From Rhizodiscina lignyota (taxonomy: Eukaryota): a stretch of 64,000 nucleotides of DNA. Below, in pieces: positions 1 through 12,981 of this stretch. Under the pieces are notes generated by a model, which was given only the letters and a program-made list of their open reading frames with translations, was not told the origin of the DNA and searched no databases. Each line of letters starts with the position of its first letter. Position 1 is the first letter of the stretch. The stretch spans positions 930,001 through 994,000 of the forward strand of contig ML978126.1 in the NCBI GenBank assembly GCA_010015805.1, given 5' to 3'. Both the position numbers and the translations under genes were made by a program.

Positions 1-534
1 TGCGAGGCTGGACGTGTTGATCATTTCAATTTATAAAGCGTTGCCCTGAGGAGCTTGACCGAGGAGGCGAAGCAAGCCAAGACGAGAGATGGACGTTGTG
101 ACTTGGAACGCCAAACGCGTGGGGCCACAGGGCGAAGTAGGTAGCGAGGACGGGTCCCACCAATGTTTTGCCTGTCGCCGGCGCCCACCCGACCCGCCAG
201 TCGGCGCAGCCAGCAAGCGCGTGCATGAGGCTTTACCTCCGCCAGCGGCTACAAGCATTCGCCCGGCAGATGTGCCCCTTGACTAACTCGTCGTTCTGTG
301 GGCACACGTACGGCCACATGCGCGCAGCCTCTGGCCTTGGGGATTTCGTAAAACCAGCTCATCAGAGCTTCCTGTTGCCATCTTCTACCAACATCTCCAG
401 CCTCTCTCCCCCAAGCGTGGGCGTGGCCCTTTGCGGCACACTTGAATGCGCCCACACAACCCCGCATCGGCACCAACATCGACAATTTCGTTTTTGCCCA
501 ACGCTCGGCCCTTCCGGGGCCAGAGCACTGCTAA

Positions 535-3182
535 ATGTCCTTTGGCGTTGGATATGGCGACGTCGTGACTGCGTTTCGACAGGGCAAGCAGGTGTGGGAC
601 AGCTTCTACGACGACTTTGAAAATGCGCCAAAGCAGGTTCGCGAGCTGTTGGAGATTGCGACTTCGGTGCGCGAGTCTGTCGTCTCGTGGGCAGAGTTGG
701 TGAAGGGCTGGGGTCAAGAGCTGCCGGGACTGGAGTCGATCAAGAAAAAGCTGGATGAGGCAGACGATTTTGTGAAGAAGTACAGCGAACTTGTCCCGGA
801 GCAGCCGGGCATCTTCTCCATAGATGCGAAGCACCGCGCAAAGCGCTTCTTCAAGACGTGGAGACATGCATTCGATGAAAGAGCGCGGCATATCAAGGAA
901 GGCCTGCAGTTGCAGTTGCAGATGCTTCACGATAAGGTCTTTCTCATCGCATTGTATGTGTGCGAGCCACGGCAGATAAGACGTTTACTTACATTCCACC
1001 CAGCCAAAATGCCCAAAATCGAGTTCCCGGTAGCACCTATGGCTACCCGAGCCGTGATGATGTTCTGAATGACGCGTCACTGCTTCTCCAGAGAGCACGT
1101 GAAGAGCGTAAGAGAATCGAATTTCAGGCAAACCGCTTACGGATCGAGCCAAACCACACGCACAGCGACAACCTGATCCTCCAAGCGGAAGAGATTCTTC
1201 GAGGCCGACTCAGACTTCCGCAAATCGAGGATTCCCGGCCGTTGCCGATTGACCAAGGTGGTCCAGGCCTTCTACCGGCCAACTTTCTTCAAGGAATCGT
1301 CCTCAATCACGACAACACTCTCCATGCACCGCTTCGAAGAGGAACGGTGGAGCCCCAGGTATGGACGATGCCTTCGAGTCCTATCGAGTCACCGTCCGCT
1401 CACCCGTCGGTTCAACCGTCTGCTCAGCCTTCGGCTTTGCCTTCGCCATACATACCGGCAAGTGAAGTATCGACTCCGGTGACAAGAACACCCAGCATCG
1501 CATCGACTATGCGGACGACGACGACAATGACTCCCAGCACCATGGTCACAACGCCACTACCACCAGCGCCAAGCATCAAAGCACAAGACTCGGATGCTAT
1601 TCCTCCGTGGCTTGGCGAACCATCACTACCTACCCATCGCGCAACATTTGCCCCTAAAGATTCAAGCAAGCGTTTCAAGCTGGACACCTACCGCTTCATA
1701 GCAATCCCAAACTCGTCGCGGGGTCGATATCTGGAATGGAGGGGAGAAAACCCTGCTCATGCTCTACGACACGTTATTCCGACGCACACCCACGATACAT
1801 TCCCATACACGAAACATAGCACCTTCAAAGAACCGCGGCGTGTGACCTTCGGGTCGCCGCATATGTGCACTGTGACTGACAACGGCAAACGCATTATGCA
1901 CAAGAAGTATGATGTAGAATACCGTTTTACGCAGGACGAGTTCCTTAAAGTGTTCCAGAGCGATGTCCGGGATAAGGACTTGATTGGAACGTTTGAGGCG
2001 GACACCATCAAGACCAAGCATGGACGCCATCAGAATGAACATATCAAGATCTGGAGGAGCCGCGAGATAGATCAAACAGCCAGTCTCACTTTCTTCCCGA
2101 ACGGCGAGGAGCAACTAAGGCATATCGAGTGCGCTTTGAAGTGGTTCACGGTCCCATACAAGAAGGACGAGAACAAGAAGATAATGGTGCTGGAGTTGTC
2201 GAAACCACCGCCTGACCCAGGTCCTGATAGAAAGAAGAGTATCTTCCGCAGAAAGTCCAGCGCGACGCAGAGTCCCAATGAATCGGGTTTGCCACAGTAT
2301 TTCGAGCCTGCTTCGCCTTCGCTTTCGAAACGTGGGTCCACAGCCACATTCGACAGCACAACAAGCAGCCTCGCAGACTCTGAACTCCCTCTCTACTGTC
2401 CGCAAGAAGTCTACGAGAACATCCGCTCTCTAACAATTACCTTCTCTTCGGATAAAGACTTCAAGGACTTCACTGATGCCTTCAAGTCTGCACAGATACC
2501 ATCTACTTCATCTTCACGACCTGGAACAGGTATGACAATGTATAGCTCAGGTAGTCGGCAATCCTACGCTTCGTCCGCGTTTGACCCGATTGCCGAGCTT
2601 GGCGACCCTGCTGTGAGCGGAGCGACAGCATCTCCCACGCAAGGCCAGTATGCACAGCCACATGGCAATGCACATGAGCTTGCTGCATCGACACCGGCCT
2701 CGCGCCTGTTCGGCACAAGCCCCGGACGTGTTCAGCATGCGCACGGCTATCACGAACTGTATGCACGTCAGCCGCGACTCACGCCACCGAGTCCAGGTGC
2801 CGTCTCCCCCCTTTCACAGATGATGCACACGCCCCTTCCAGGCGCCGCCCTCGGCACCGGCTATGGCGTCCCAAATCCCGCGCCCGGGTCTATCGAATTG
2901 GCTGCGGAGCGCGACCCGGCAGAGCTGCATGAGCAGACGCGCACGGAGAGGTACGAGATGGACGTGTCGAAGGAGACGGCGCGCTTCGAGCTGCCTGGTC
3001 GGATGCGCACGGTGCGGCATGAGCTTGATTCTGGGCGGACTGGCTCGAGGACCAAGCCGGTGGATATACCGGCGCCGAGGGAGGGCGCGGTAGAGGTGGA
3101 GGGGAGTAGTCCGCCGGGCGTGAATGGGCATTCTGCGAGGGTCGTGACGGGGCAGAGGTATAGACCATACGGGCCCAGTTAA
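535..3182 (+). CDS. Uncharacterised fungal protein: N-terminal SesA/HeLo-like helical domain, P/S/T-rich linker, central globular domain, low-complexity tail with repeated xEL motifs (exons 535-953, 1004-3182)
   Basis: ORF 535 begins MSFGVGYGDVV, resembling the MSFGFGxGD start of fungal N-terminal STAND-associated domains. A GTATGT donor at 954 and CAG acceptor at 1001-1003 (50-nt intron) join it in frame to the 740-aa ORF. Confidence 0.75.
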
Positions 3183-4208
3183 ATAGCGTTGGGAGTAAGA
3201 AGTTCACACATGCGTTGTAGATGGATGGGATGAGTGACGACACGTTTTGGAGAGCAGGAGTGCTCCGTATAATAGCCAAATGCAAACATTCAACCAACAT
3301 GTTAGGGCCTCCCGTCTTTTACACGACTTTGCTTGTGACCTGAAAGAAACCGAGCTGAAGTGCACACGGTGCCAGAAATTCCTTTCTGAAGCGCAGTCTC
3401 TTCAGGCATTGACTCTTGAATACACACGGTCCTCCCAGTATTTCAATTTTGCATCTCGAGACACATGGCATCATCATCGTTTCGTACCGTGACAGGCTGC
3501 TGAAGGAAGGTACAAATATGATATAACCGGCTCATCCACAATGAGCATCATCCCCAACGAATTTGAAGTCGGTAACAGGATATTGAAGGCTGATGGACCC
3601 GTCACGGCACCTAAAGAACACCAATTCTGATGTCAGGAGGAGTACTTTGCCGGCATCAAAAAGGATAGACGATGATCAACACCCCTTTCACTGAAGGGCG
3701 GATAGACAGGATAGCCTCATCAGGAGCTATGTGCTCTCTATTACCGTAATGCATCTCGTTCTCTAATCCTGAGTGCAAACATTCAGAAACCAGAGAAATC
3801 AGAGCATGCTCTTCTATTTGTTCATCGCTTAATACGAGATCAGTGTCGGCGGAGAGATATTTTCCTGAGCCATCGCCGTCATTTTACCTGTTGGTCATTC
3901 GGGAGACTGTAGGGAGCATGTTCAGAAAGTACGAAATATATTCTGATCTTGAAATACAGACGGAAGTTTGAGCTCAGTTCTATTAGGTTGTGGTGGGCCG
4001 TGGCAGTTTAGGTGTCGCCGTTGAGATGGACGCGGACTTTGTATTCCGCTGCAGTTAGGAATCTAGCTCTATGATGCAATAATCTGGGTTTCGCCGCCAT
4101 CCATTCCCTTTACTAACCATCGACCTTGGCACCTCTGTCTCTTAGACACTCAAAAGGCTGGAGAGACTGCGAAATCTGCAGCAAAAGGAGGGTTGAAGAA
4201 GCGCAATC

Positions 4209-4774
4209 ATGGAGGCTGCCTTGAGGACGTTCTTCTCGTCTCCGCGATTCGCAGTGGCAGGGGCAAGCTCAGATCCGAGCAAGTTTGGCCATAAAGGTGC
4301 GTCTTCGGCCTTCCTGCAGGATCACGTCTTCAACGACATGCCTATCCAGCGCTAATTGATTTGAGTTTCACAGTATTCGCCTGGTATCTCCTCCACTCCC
4401 TTCCTGCAACGCCGGTGAATCCTCGCTGCCCTTCAGTCAACGTCCTCTCCCGCTCGCACACCACCGTACCTGGTCCATCTGCTCTACAGTCTCCATCTGA
4501 GACGTCGCTCTCAGTTATAACACCGCCTCCTGTAACCCTTAAACTGCTCAAGGAAGCGAAGGAGGCGGGTATTCCAGCAGTATGGCTACAACCAGGTTCG
4601 TTTGACGATGAGGGGCTGGCATATGCTAGGAAGGAGTTCAAGGCGGCAATAGCTGGAATGGAGCCTGGCACGGATGGATTGGCCAGTGTTGGAGGAGAGG
4701 GTTGGTGCGTACTTGTAGATGGGGAGAGAGGATTGAGCATTGCTGGGAGAAAATGGGAGAGACTGAAGCTGTGA
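4209..4774 (+). CDS. CoA-binding domain protein (YccU-like Rossmann fold); exons 4209-4296, 4374-4774
   Basis: Spliced product MEAALRTFFSSPRFAVAGASSDPSKFGHKVFAWY...TPVNP...VWLQPG...CVLV carries the hallmark motifs of the CoA_binding_2 family. Intron GTGCGT..GCTAAT..CAG. Confidence 0.85.
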
Positions 4775-5568
4775 GGTTGCAGTCATCCGGAGAAGAGATG
4801 AATATCCCTCCCGACAGTCTACCCATAAGAGGACCATGAGCATCTAATCTAGAAATTTCTGGCAACATGCCACACAGGCTTCTCGGCCGACATCATTTAG
4901 GCAACATTTTCTCCACATGCTCGACATTACAAGTCATGGGCCACAAGATGAAGACGCAATTCCCAAGGCTTGGTGGACACAGCCACTCTATCAAGCTTAG
5001 GAACATGCATTTGGTAAATATAATACGCTCCATCAGAGGACGGCAACCACGTATCAAGCTCGGGACCAGGAAACTTCCATGGGATTTCCGTGGCTGCAAG
5101 ATCATAAATCTAGATTAAACTCACGGATTTCCCCTCAACTGCCGTCTGTCCATCCCTTCGATGTTGGTTCGGGGTGTTCTCCGCGCTCGTACTTAGATAT
5201 TCCCTCATTCGGAAGCATCAGAGCGTCGTAACAATTTGTAGATGACGCCTCACAGGATGTCAATTTTGATTGGTCGGACGGGGACTTACTTCCGGTTAAA
5301 AGCTTGGTTCCATACCCCACGGGGACGCACACGGGGAAGTATTCAGCAGCTCAAGCAAAATGATTGTATACGGACTAAAGGCCGATGCGATTATGCAGGA
5401 ACTTCAAATTCGCGGACGATTTTGTTCCACAGGTCTGGATGATCCCCAGTATGCTGATCACTCTTATAAAGAAGTCAGCGTTTCAAATTCCCGTCCTTGT
5501 CTTTCTTATTTGTGTTGTTGTTTCTTCCGTCACATCTAGCTTGCAAATTCAACGAAGGAATTTCAAAC

Positions 5569-7086
5569 ATGGCTGCTGAAATTTCCAGCGATCCCAACAA
5601 GGCCGATAACACGCATATCGAACTCGAAGACAAGCTTGATTCCGCAGTTGAAACGACCGGAAAGACCGCCGAAGATGTCGCACGTCTTGAAGCTGTTTCG
5701 TTTCAATACACTAAGAAGGAGGAAGATAGACTGCTCTTGAAGCTCGATGTAATTGTTCTGGGTTATGTCTCTGGGGCATACATGTTGGCTTATATGGACC
5801 GTGGAAATATCGGAAATGCCAATACGGCTGGCATGTCTAAGGATCTCCACCTCAGCGACAACCAGTATCAATGGCTCTTGACGGTGCTTTATCTGGGGTA
5901 CATGCTGTTCGACTGGCAGACCGTCTTCTACAAGATCCTCCCAGCTCGATACTATGTTCCTACCGTCATCTGTATCTGGGGCGTCATCTCGGGATGCTGC
6001 GCTGCCGCACAGAACTTCGGCGGTATGCTTGTTCTGAGGCTGCTGTTGGGAATATTCGAATCATCGTACAGCCCCGGCTTGGCCTACTTCTTCTCTTTCT
6101 TCTACTACAGGAGAGAGATGGGTAGGCGTCTCGGCTACTATGTGTCCATTGCACCTCTGGCTGCCTCATTCGCGGGCGCCTTCGCCTACTTTGTGACGGT
6201 CCATAAGCACGCGCTTGCCGGATGGCGTGCCCTGTTTCTCGTGGAAGGTCTTCCTGCTGTTGCCATCGGTCTCTTTGGATACTGGTATCTTCCAAGTAAT
6301 GCTCAAGACTGCCAATTCCTGAGCGAGAAGGAGAAGAAAATTGCCGCGGCTCGAACTGTTCGTCAAGTTGGCGACAGCACCCGAGACAGGAAGCTCAACC
6401 TCCGATTCTTCTTCCAGAGTCTTCTGGATCTCAAGAACTGGCTTCCAACTCTATGCTACTTCTCGTTCAACGTCAGCTATGCATCCCTTCCGATTTACAC
6501 ATCAACGATTCTGGAGGGCATGGGGTACACATCGATCAATGCCCAGGGGCTCTCCGCACCGCCGTATCTGTTTGCTTGCATCGTTGTTCTGATTATTGGA
6601 CATCTGTCTGACCGATTCCAACGACGAGGTCTTTTCCTTACCCTGTGCAGTGGAACCGCTGCTATCGGATTCTTGATCCTCTGTCTCGTCCGTGTCGTCG
6701 GCGTCAAATATTTCGCCTTGTTCCTCGTCGCAGGAGGCTTGTATCCCTGCATCGGCCTTGTCCTTTCCTGGGTCGCAAACAACAACGGCAGCGACAGCAA
6801 GCGAGGTGCTGGCTTTATCTTAATGAACTTCGTCGGGCAGAGCGGCCCACTCGTTGGAACACACATCTTCCCTAAGTCCGAGGGCCCTCTTTATCTCAAA
6901 GGCTTCTGGATTTCCTTTGGATTTTGCACATTCGCAGCTGTCGTTGCTCAGGTTCAAGTCTTCCATCTCTGGCGTCTTAACAAGAAGCTCGATGCTGAAT
7001 TTGGACCCGTTCGTACCGCTCTTCACGCCGAAGAGGAAATCGGCGAAGAGACTGATGACAGCGAGAACTTCAGATACATTCTTTAA
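5569..7086 (+). CDS. MFS transporter, anion:cation symporter family (Tna1/Dal5-like, nicotinate/allantoate-type); intronless
   Basis: Motifs LLLKLD, YMDRGNIGNA, RLLLGIFE, FFYYRREMGRR, WRALFLVEG, SDRFQRRG, WVANN; about 12 hydrophobic segments. Confidence 0.92.
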   Translation: MAAEISSDPNKADNTHIELEDKLDSAVETTGKTAEDVARLEAVSFQYTKKEEDRLLLKLDVIVLGYVSGAYMLAYMDRGNIGNANTAGMSKDLHLSDNQYQWLLTVLYLGYMLFDWQTVFYKILPARYYVPTVICIWGVISGCCAAAQNFGGMLVLRLLLGIFESSYSPGLAYFFSFFYYRREMGRRLGYYVSIAPLAASFAGAFAYFVTVHKHALAGWRALFLVEGLPAVAIGLFGYWYLPSNAQDCQFLSEKEKKIAAARTVRQVGDSTRDRKLNLRFFFQSLLDLKNWLPTLCYFSFNVSYASLPIYTSTILEGMGYTSINAQGLSAPPYLFACIVVLIIGHLSDRFQRRGLFLTLCSGTAAIGFLILCLVRVVGVKYFALFLVAGGLYPCIGLVLSWVANNNGSDSKRGAGFILMNFVGQSGPLVGTHIFPKSEGPLYLKGFWISFGFCTFAAVVAQVQVFHLWRLNKKLDAEFGPVRTALHAEEEIGEETDDSENFRYIL

Positions 7087-7506
7087 TTGACTGTATGATG
7101 TGACGAACTGATGGGCGATACGAAATGCACTGCAGGGTCTCCCCGTCACTATTGAAATGTATCTCGAATCTTCACGATTCCGCACAGCACAAATAATTGA
7201 TGCAAGCTCGCGGAAACACTCATAGTACAAAACGGTGCAAATGAACTTCACGCATTTCTGATTTTCAGTGAGGCCATCTATGAGCTCGACATGTGCAAAG
7301 GTTTTATCCCAGACGCCTCCCCGATTTTGCAAGATTCTGCCCGAGAATTTGTGACGCCGCCCCCAAGACGCCATCGCCTGCCAGTGCCCGTTCTCGTCCT
7401 CATTTGTCTGGCAGAGCGCGATCCCAAGCCTTAAACCATACCGAAAATGTCAACGCCACCACCTTCTCCCCTCCAGCTTCTGGCCTTGTCTTCTCAGACG
7501 TTCAGT

Positions 7507-8319
7507 TCATCCTTCTATGGAGTATCCGAAGTACCACGGCACTCCATCCTCCTGATATGCATAAGGACGTGACTCGTTTCCCTTCACCCAGTGTGGCTGT
7601 GTGATGTGCTCTCGAATAACCGATTCTAGTGATCGTATGACTTCTTCAATTTCGCAGTGGTAATCCGGATCCGGACCATGGTATATTTCCTCTGTATCCT
7701 CGAGACAGGTGTACGACGATAGATGGAAGCTTTCCAGTCTGAGCTTCAGAAGAGTTTTGATCAGAGAGGGGACAAAAAACTCTCGAAGCCACTGTGCAAG
7801 TGATATACACGGATTGGTCCTTTCGTAGCTCTCCAACTCGTACTCGTCAGCGGGGCAAGGGAGTTCCATGAGAGTCAGATGCTTGAGTTTTGGTAGTGAC
7901 CATAGTGCATCCAGCAATGTCTGACTCTGCTTCCAAAATTCGATACCGCCACATGCGATGACTAGCTCCGTAATGTGCAGATGAATCGAAAGGTGTGGGA
8001 AACGCAAGACTCTCGTGAGGTACACAAGGTGGATGTATACCTCTCTTGTAGCAAAGAGGTGGGAGAGGTACTCATGCTGGAACCGGTGATTTCTAACTTT
8101 GGTTGCGACTTTTAGTTGAGGCCTAACATCTAGCCGATTGAGATGGCTGTCGATCACGAATGCGCATCGTGGTGAACCCACGCATCGTCGTGGAGTGATC
8201 ACCGATTCGTAATTTTTCGGTGGAAATGAGTACTCGTAGATCAGATCACGAATCTCTGCTGGCAGGTCGAAGAAGCCGATTTTCCGTTTCAGTGGTTTGT
8301 TCGGCATTCCCGAAGGCAT
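7507..8319 (-). CDS. Hypothetical protein with N-terminal F-box-like motif
   Basis: 270-aa ORF containing GFFDLPAEIRDLIYEYSF, the fungal F-box-like LPxEIRxxIY motif. Confidence 0.65.
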   Translation of the reverse strand: MPSGMPNKPLKRKIGFFDLPAEIRDLIYEYSFPPKNYESVITPRRCVGSPRCAFVIDSHLNRLDVRPQLKVATKVRNHRFQHEYLSHLFATREVYIHLVYLTRVLRFPHLSIHLHITELVIACGGIEFWKQSQTLLDALWSLPKLKHLTLMELPCPADEYELESYERTNPCISLAQWLREFFVPSLIKTLLKLRLESFHLSSYTCLEDTEEIYHGPDPDYHCEIEEVIRSLESVIREHITQPHWVKGNESRPYAYQEDGVPWYFGYSIEG

Positions 8320-8934
8320 TTTGTACGGCGACGGTGTTGAAGGAGGTTCAAGCTGTCAAGTACGAAAGAATGTAGATGAAGGTTGTTAAAGTGCCTGTGT
8401 TGTATGTGACGAATACACGCCTTCACTGATAGAGTGAAAGTTCTAAACACGCACCGGGTGTTGCTGGTGGCCGAAAAGCACAACGACGTGGAAGTGGGGG
8501 CTAGGAGAGTAGGAGAAAGTAAATGGCAAGCAAAATAAACTTCAATAGCACATTGTTGCCTGGAGAATACGGAAGTTACTACGGACTATTCGTTCACTAT
8601 TTATTCGTTTCATCTCTGCATATGTCTACATCTTAAGCAAACCCTTTCAGAGTGACCATAGACATACTTATCTGTTGAAATGCTGCAAGCTTCGTACTTC
8701 TTGAAGGCTAGATCCAGAAATTTTGAATTTCCCATTGCAATAGTTGAGACCATCGTCCAGTGCTGAACGGCAGACGGATATCGAGTGGAGAGCCTACTCT
8801 ACGGAGACCTCCGTGCAAATCCTTCACCACCTCCTTTTCTCAATCCTATCCTCCGTCAGCCGCCCATAGTCATAAAATGATCCCTACGCCTATTAAAAAT
8901 GACATTTCAGCATTCTCCATGCTCTTTAGCGTCT

Positions 8935-9030
8935 AAAAAAAAAGAGGGGGGGGGGGGAATTCTACAATATCCAGTCTCCCTCACAACGAAGTTCAAGTCC
9001 AGCAGCAAAGCTATGCAGCAAAGCTATGCA
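8935..9030. repeat. Poly-A and poly-G homopolymer run plus a 13-bp tandem duplication (GCAGCAAAGCTAT x2)
   Basis: Read directly from the sequence at 8935-8957 and 9002-9027. Confidence 0.8.
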
Positions 9031-9557
9031 ATGACGAATTGCCATTGACAAAATTCGGAATACTGGTAGTAATAATGGACAACAGCCTTTGAACCTGGAT
9101 CTACATGTTCTCAAAATCTATTCATGCCAGCCTCTTCATCTCCAAACCGCAACATTGTTCCCGCGCGATCTCATTCGGACGATCTCCGAGACGTTCGGCA
9201 GTTGAGATGTGCCCCATCGTGCCGTGGAGACCCCACATCCATCCAACCCGGTGGCTTTTCACACCGCACTTAACCCCAGACCACTGTACTTCATTCCAAT
9301 AACGGTCGATCTTTTTGAGCTCGGATTAAGGCATTCCTCGGCAGTTGTAAATGCACCGTGGCCAAAGCCAAGTCGGTTCAACCATGACATCGTATAAACG
9401 AATCACTCGGCGTCCACGGGCCAAATACCGCTGTCTAAATCTAGATCCGCGATTCCAAACTCACTTTATCACTGTTCACAAGGTTGCTATATTATCATTT
9501 ATCAACTTCGATCAGATGTAAATTTCTGGGCATAGGAGACAGCACAGCGCATTCAAC

Positions 9558-11498
9558 ATGCCCGCTCAGTCTTCGGTACCAATTGAAGTCACGGTTGGAA
9601 GTGATGCAGCCAGTGTAAAGTTTGCATCTCTCTTGTTCAAATTCGTAAAGAATTATTTCCTGCTTATTCTCCCCGCTTTCGTCGTCCTCCGTTTCCTGTA
9701 CCGCCGGTATGCCTCTCCTTTGCGCCAGTATCCTGGGCCATTCTTTGCAAGTGGAAGTCGCTTGTGGAAAAGTACGTACCAATGTCGACTATCATAGCCT
9801 CAATGTGCTGGGCACTGTCATCTCCAAATGCGCGTATAGATGGCAGATAGCTCCGCTCGATTATTGGACATATTGGCAATGTTGTTTATCGTACCATTGC
9901 TTACGGTTTGCGCAGCTTATATTACATGGAAAGGCCAGACACCATTCGATTTCATCGATCTACATAAGAAATACGGTACTTCTCCCAATTCGACGCGGAG
10001 AACTTTGCACTTCTAACATGATGCAGGCCCAATCGTTCGTATAGCGCCAAACGAGCTTTCGTTCTCTTCACCAGCAGCCGCAGCAGATGTGTTTCGAGCA
10101 GGGAAGGGCTTTCGTAAGACCGACTTTTACTGGGTGTTCCCGCCGCCGGGGAATCCAGACATGTGAGGGACCTTCCCTTTACAACTAAGAGCTCTACTAA
10201 TATAGTCCGCTTGGCATAGCTTTACGGAGATTCGTGAAGACGTACACGCGCAGAAGAAGCGCTTCGTGGTCACGCCGTATTCATTGGCCGCCATGAACGG
10301 GCTAGCCAGCTTTGTTGATGATACCGAGGATCTTCTGTTCAACAAACTCGACGGTTTTGTAAAAGAAGGGAAACCGTTTGATTTTGGTGCCTGGCTGCAC
10401 TACTTCGCCTTCGATGTCCTTGGCGAGGTAGCCTTTAGTCGGAAATTCGGCTTCCTTGACGCTGGTTATGATATCGAAGGCTGCATCAAGACGATCGATG
10501 ATACTCAGTGGTATGATGGCATTGTGGGTCAGATTCCATTCTTGGACTACTTCTTCCGCCGAAATCCGCTTTGGCAATATATTCCGGGGCTGAAGACGAA
10601 GGATGCGGTGATCACGAGAATCGCTCTCCAGGAGATGGAAAAGAGGAAGAAGTATGGAAGCAATCAGATTGACAGAAAGGACTTGATGAGCCAACTACTT
10701 GTTGCGAGCGAGACGGCGCCGGACAAGTTTGGGGTTGGCGATGTCTTTGCAGTTGCGCATGGTGCAATGTGAGTTGATTTAACTGAGATCCGAAAATAAT
10801 ATTTCGGGTAACTGATGGAGATACAGCTTTGCGGGATCTGACTCGACTGCTTCCACAATGCAGTCCTTCTTTCATCTCGTACTTTCCAACCCCAACGTGT
10901 ACAAGAAGATCTGCGATGAGATTGATGAAGCTCAGTCTTCGGGAAAACTCGGAGACAAGATCACCTTCCAGGAAGCGCAGCAGCTCCCGTACTTCCAAGC
11001 AGCTCTCAAAGAAGCCATGCGCATGCGCCCTGGTGTTGGCCTCAACATCACGCGTCACGTCCCCTCCGCAGGGGCGGAGATTGATGGAATGCGATATCCT
11101 GGTGGCACACGGGTTGCATTGAATGGATGGGTGCTGCATCGGGATCGTGGCGTATTTGGCGAGGATGCGGATATCTTCAGGCCAGAACGATGGCTTGATG
11201 CAGACGAGAAGCGGATAAAGGCAATGGACAGAAGCATGTATCAGGTAAGCATTCTCGGACGTCTCGATGAAGTCTGTCAGCAACGCGAAACTAACTGAAC
11301 GTGCCACCTCAGTTTGGCGGCGGCTCACATCTCTGTATTGGACGGAATCTGGCAATCATGGAGATGAACAAGGTGCTGCCGCAGTTGCTGCGCGAGTACA
11401 GCTTCAGGCTCGCCTATCCCGGTCGTCCGCTGAAGAGCAACAGCACATTCTTCGTTGTGCAATCCGGATTGGAAGTGTATATTGGGAAGAGGAGGTGA
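9558..11498 (+). CDS. Cytochrome P450 (pisatin-demethylase-like group); exons 9558-9771, 9916-9975, 10027-10162, 10220-10768, 10827-11244, 11313-11498
   Basis: Spliced protein has an N-terminal TM and YPGP, KYGPIVRIAPNELSF, I-helix FAGSDST, EAMR (ExxR), FRPERW and heme motif FGGGSHLCIG. All five introns are GT..AG and keep the frame. Confidence 0.95.
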
Positions 11499-11703
11499 TT
11501 AGCTCCTGATAGTGTCTTCTGTGTGTCTTCTCGCTTGCGGGACAGACGGATCAAACGAACAAGTTGCCTGCCTCTTTTGACACTTCTCCGCGTCACTTCC
11601 ACCGACGAGCCGCTATGAGGGAACTTATACATTATTGATTCTGCTTGTGACCACGATAGCCAAGCCTAAGAATGGTGGAGATCTAGACAACACTATTTCC
11701 GCC

Positions 11704-12170
11704 GGCTATATTATAGCCTTATACATGTTTTAGCGCCTACATCGACTTTCCTGGCATCCGCATGTCCGAGTTGGGCTGTTCGATCCAGTAATTAATATCA
11801 GGCTAAATGCTTCCCGCCAGCCCCCTATGCACCCCGCAAACTTTAAATTGCGGCTGTAAAGTGGGTCGCTGCGTTACAGGTTGAAAGTTTCATTTTGAGA
11901 CACGTCTGCCCTACCGCAAGCCCTCGTGGCCGTTTCCATCTTGTTTTAATACCGCCAACCCGGCATATCACATCGAAAACAGGGCGCATTGATCTTGAAA
12001 TCATCATCTCCTATACGCGGAACAGCTTCGTTCATGCCGGGACAAGCTTTCCACATCCAGCATGTTTCGCGCCCTGGGCCAGGCCCGCTGGAATAGGAGA
12101 TGACGATCACATCTCATCTACTAAACGGTTCAACTCAATCAAATCAATTTAGCCGGAGAAGTGTATAAAA
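11704..12170 (+). promoter_or_regulatory. Xylanase promoter with XlnR/Xyr1-type sites, a CreA site and a TATA box
   Basis: GGCTAA at 11801, TTAGCC at 12149, inverted GGCTATA-T-TATAGCC at 11704-11718, CCCCGC (SYGGRG, reverse) at 11832, TATAAAA near 12164. Confidence 0.6.
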
Positions 12171-12253
12171 TGGTGGGCTGTCGTCGGCAGTCTCTAACCT
12201 AGGTGACTGCTCTGATAGTCACAGACAATCAGGACTCATAATCCATCACCATC

Positions 12254-12981
<728 letters not shown>

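Noticed and set aside
9558..11498. P450 + MFS + esterase as a secondary-metabolite cluster
   Set aside because: No backbone enzyme (PKS, NRPS, terpene synthase, DMATS) or RiPP-like repeat precursor is present in the window.
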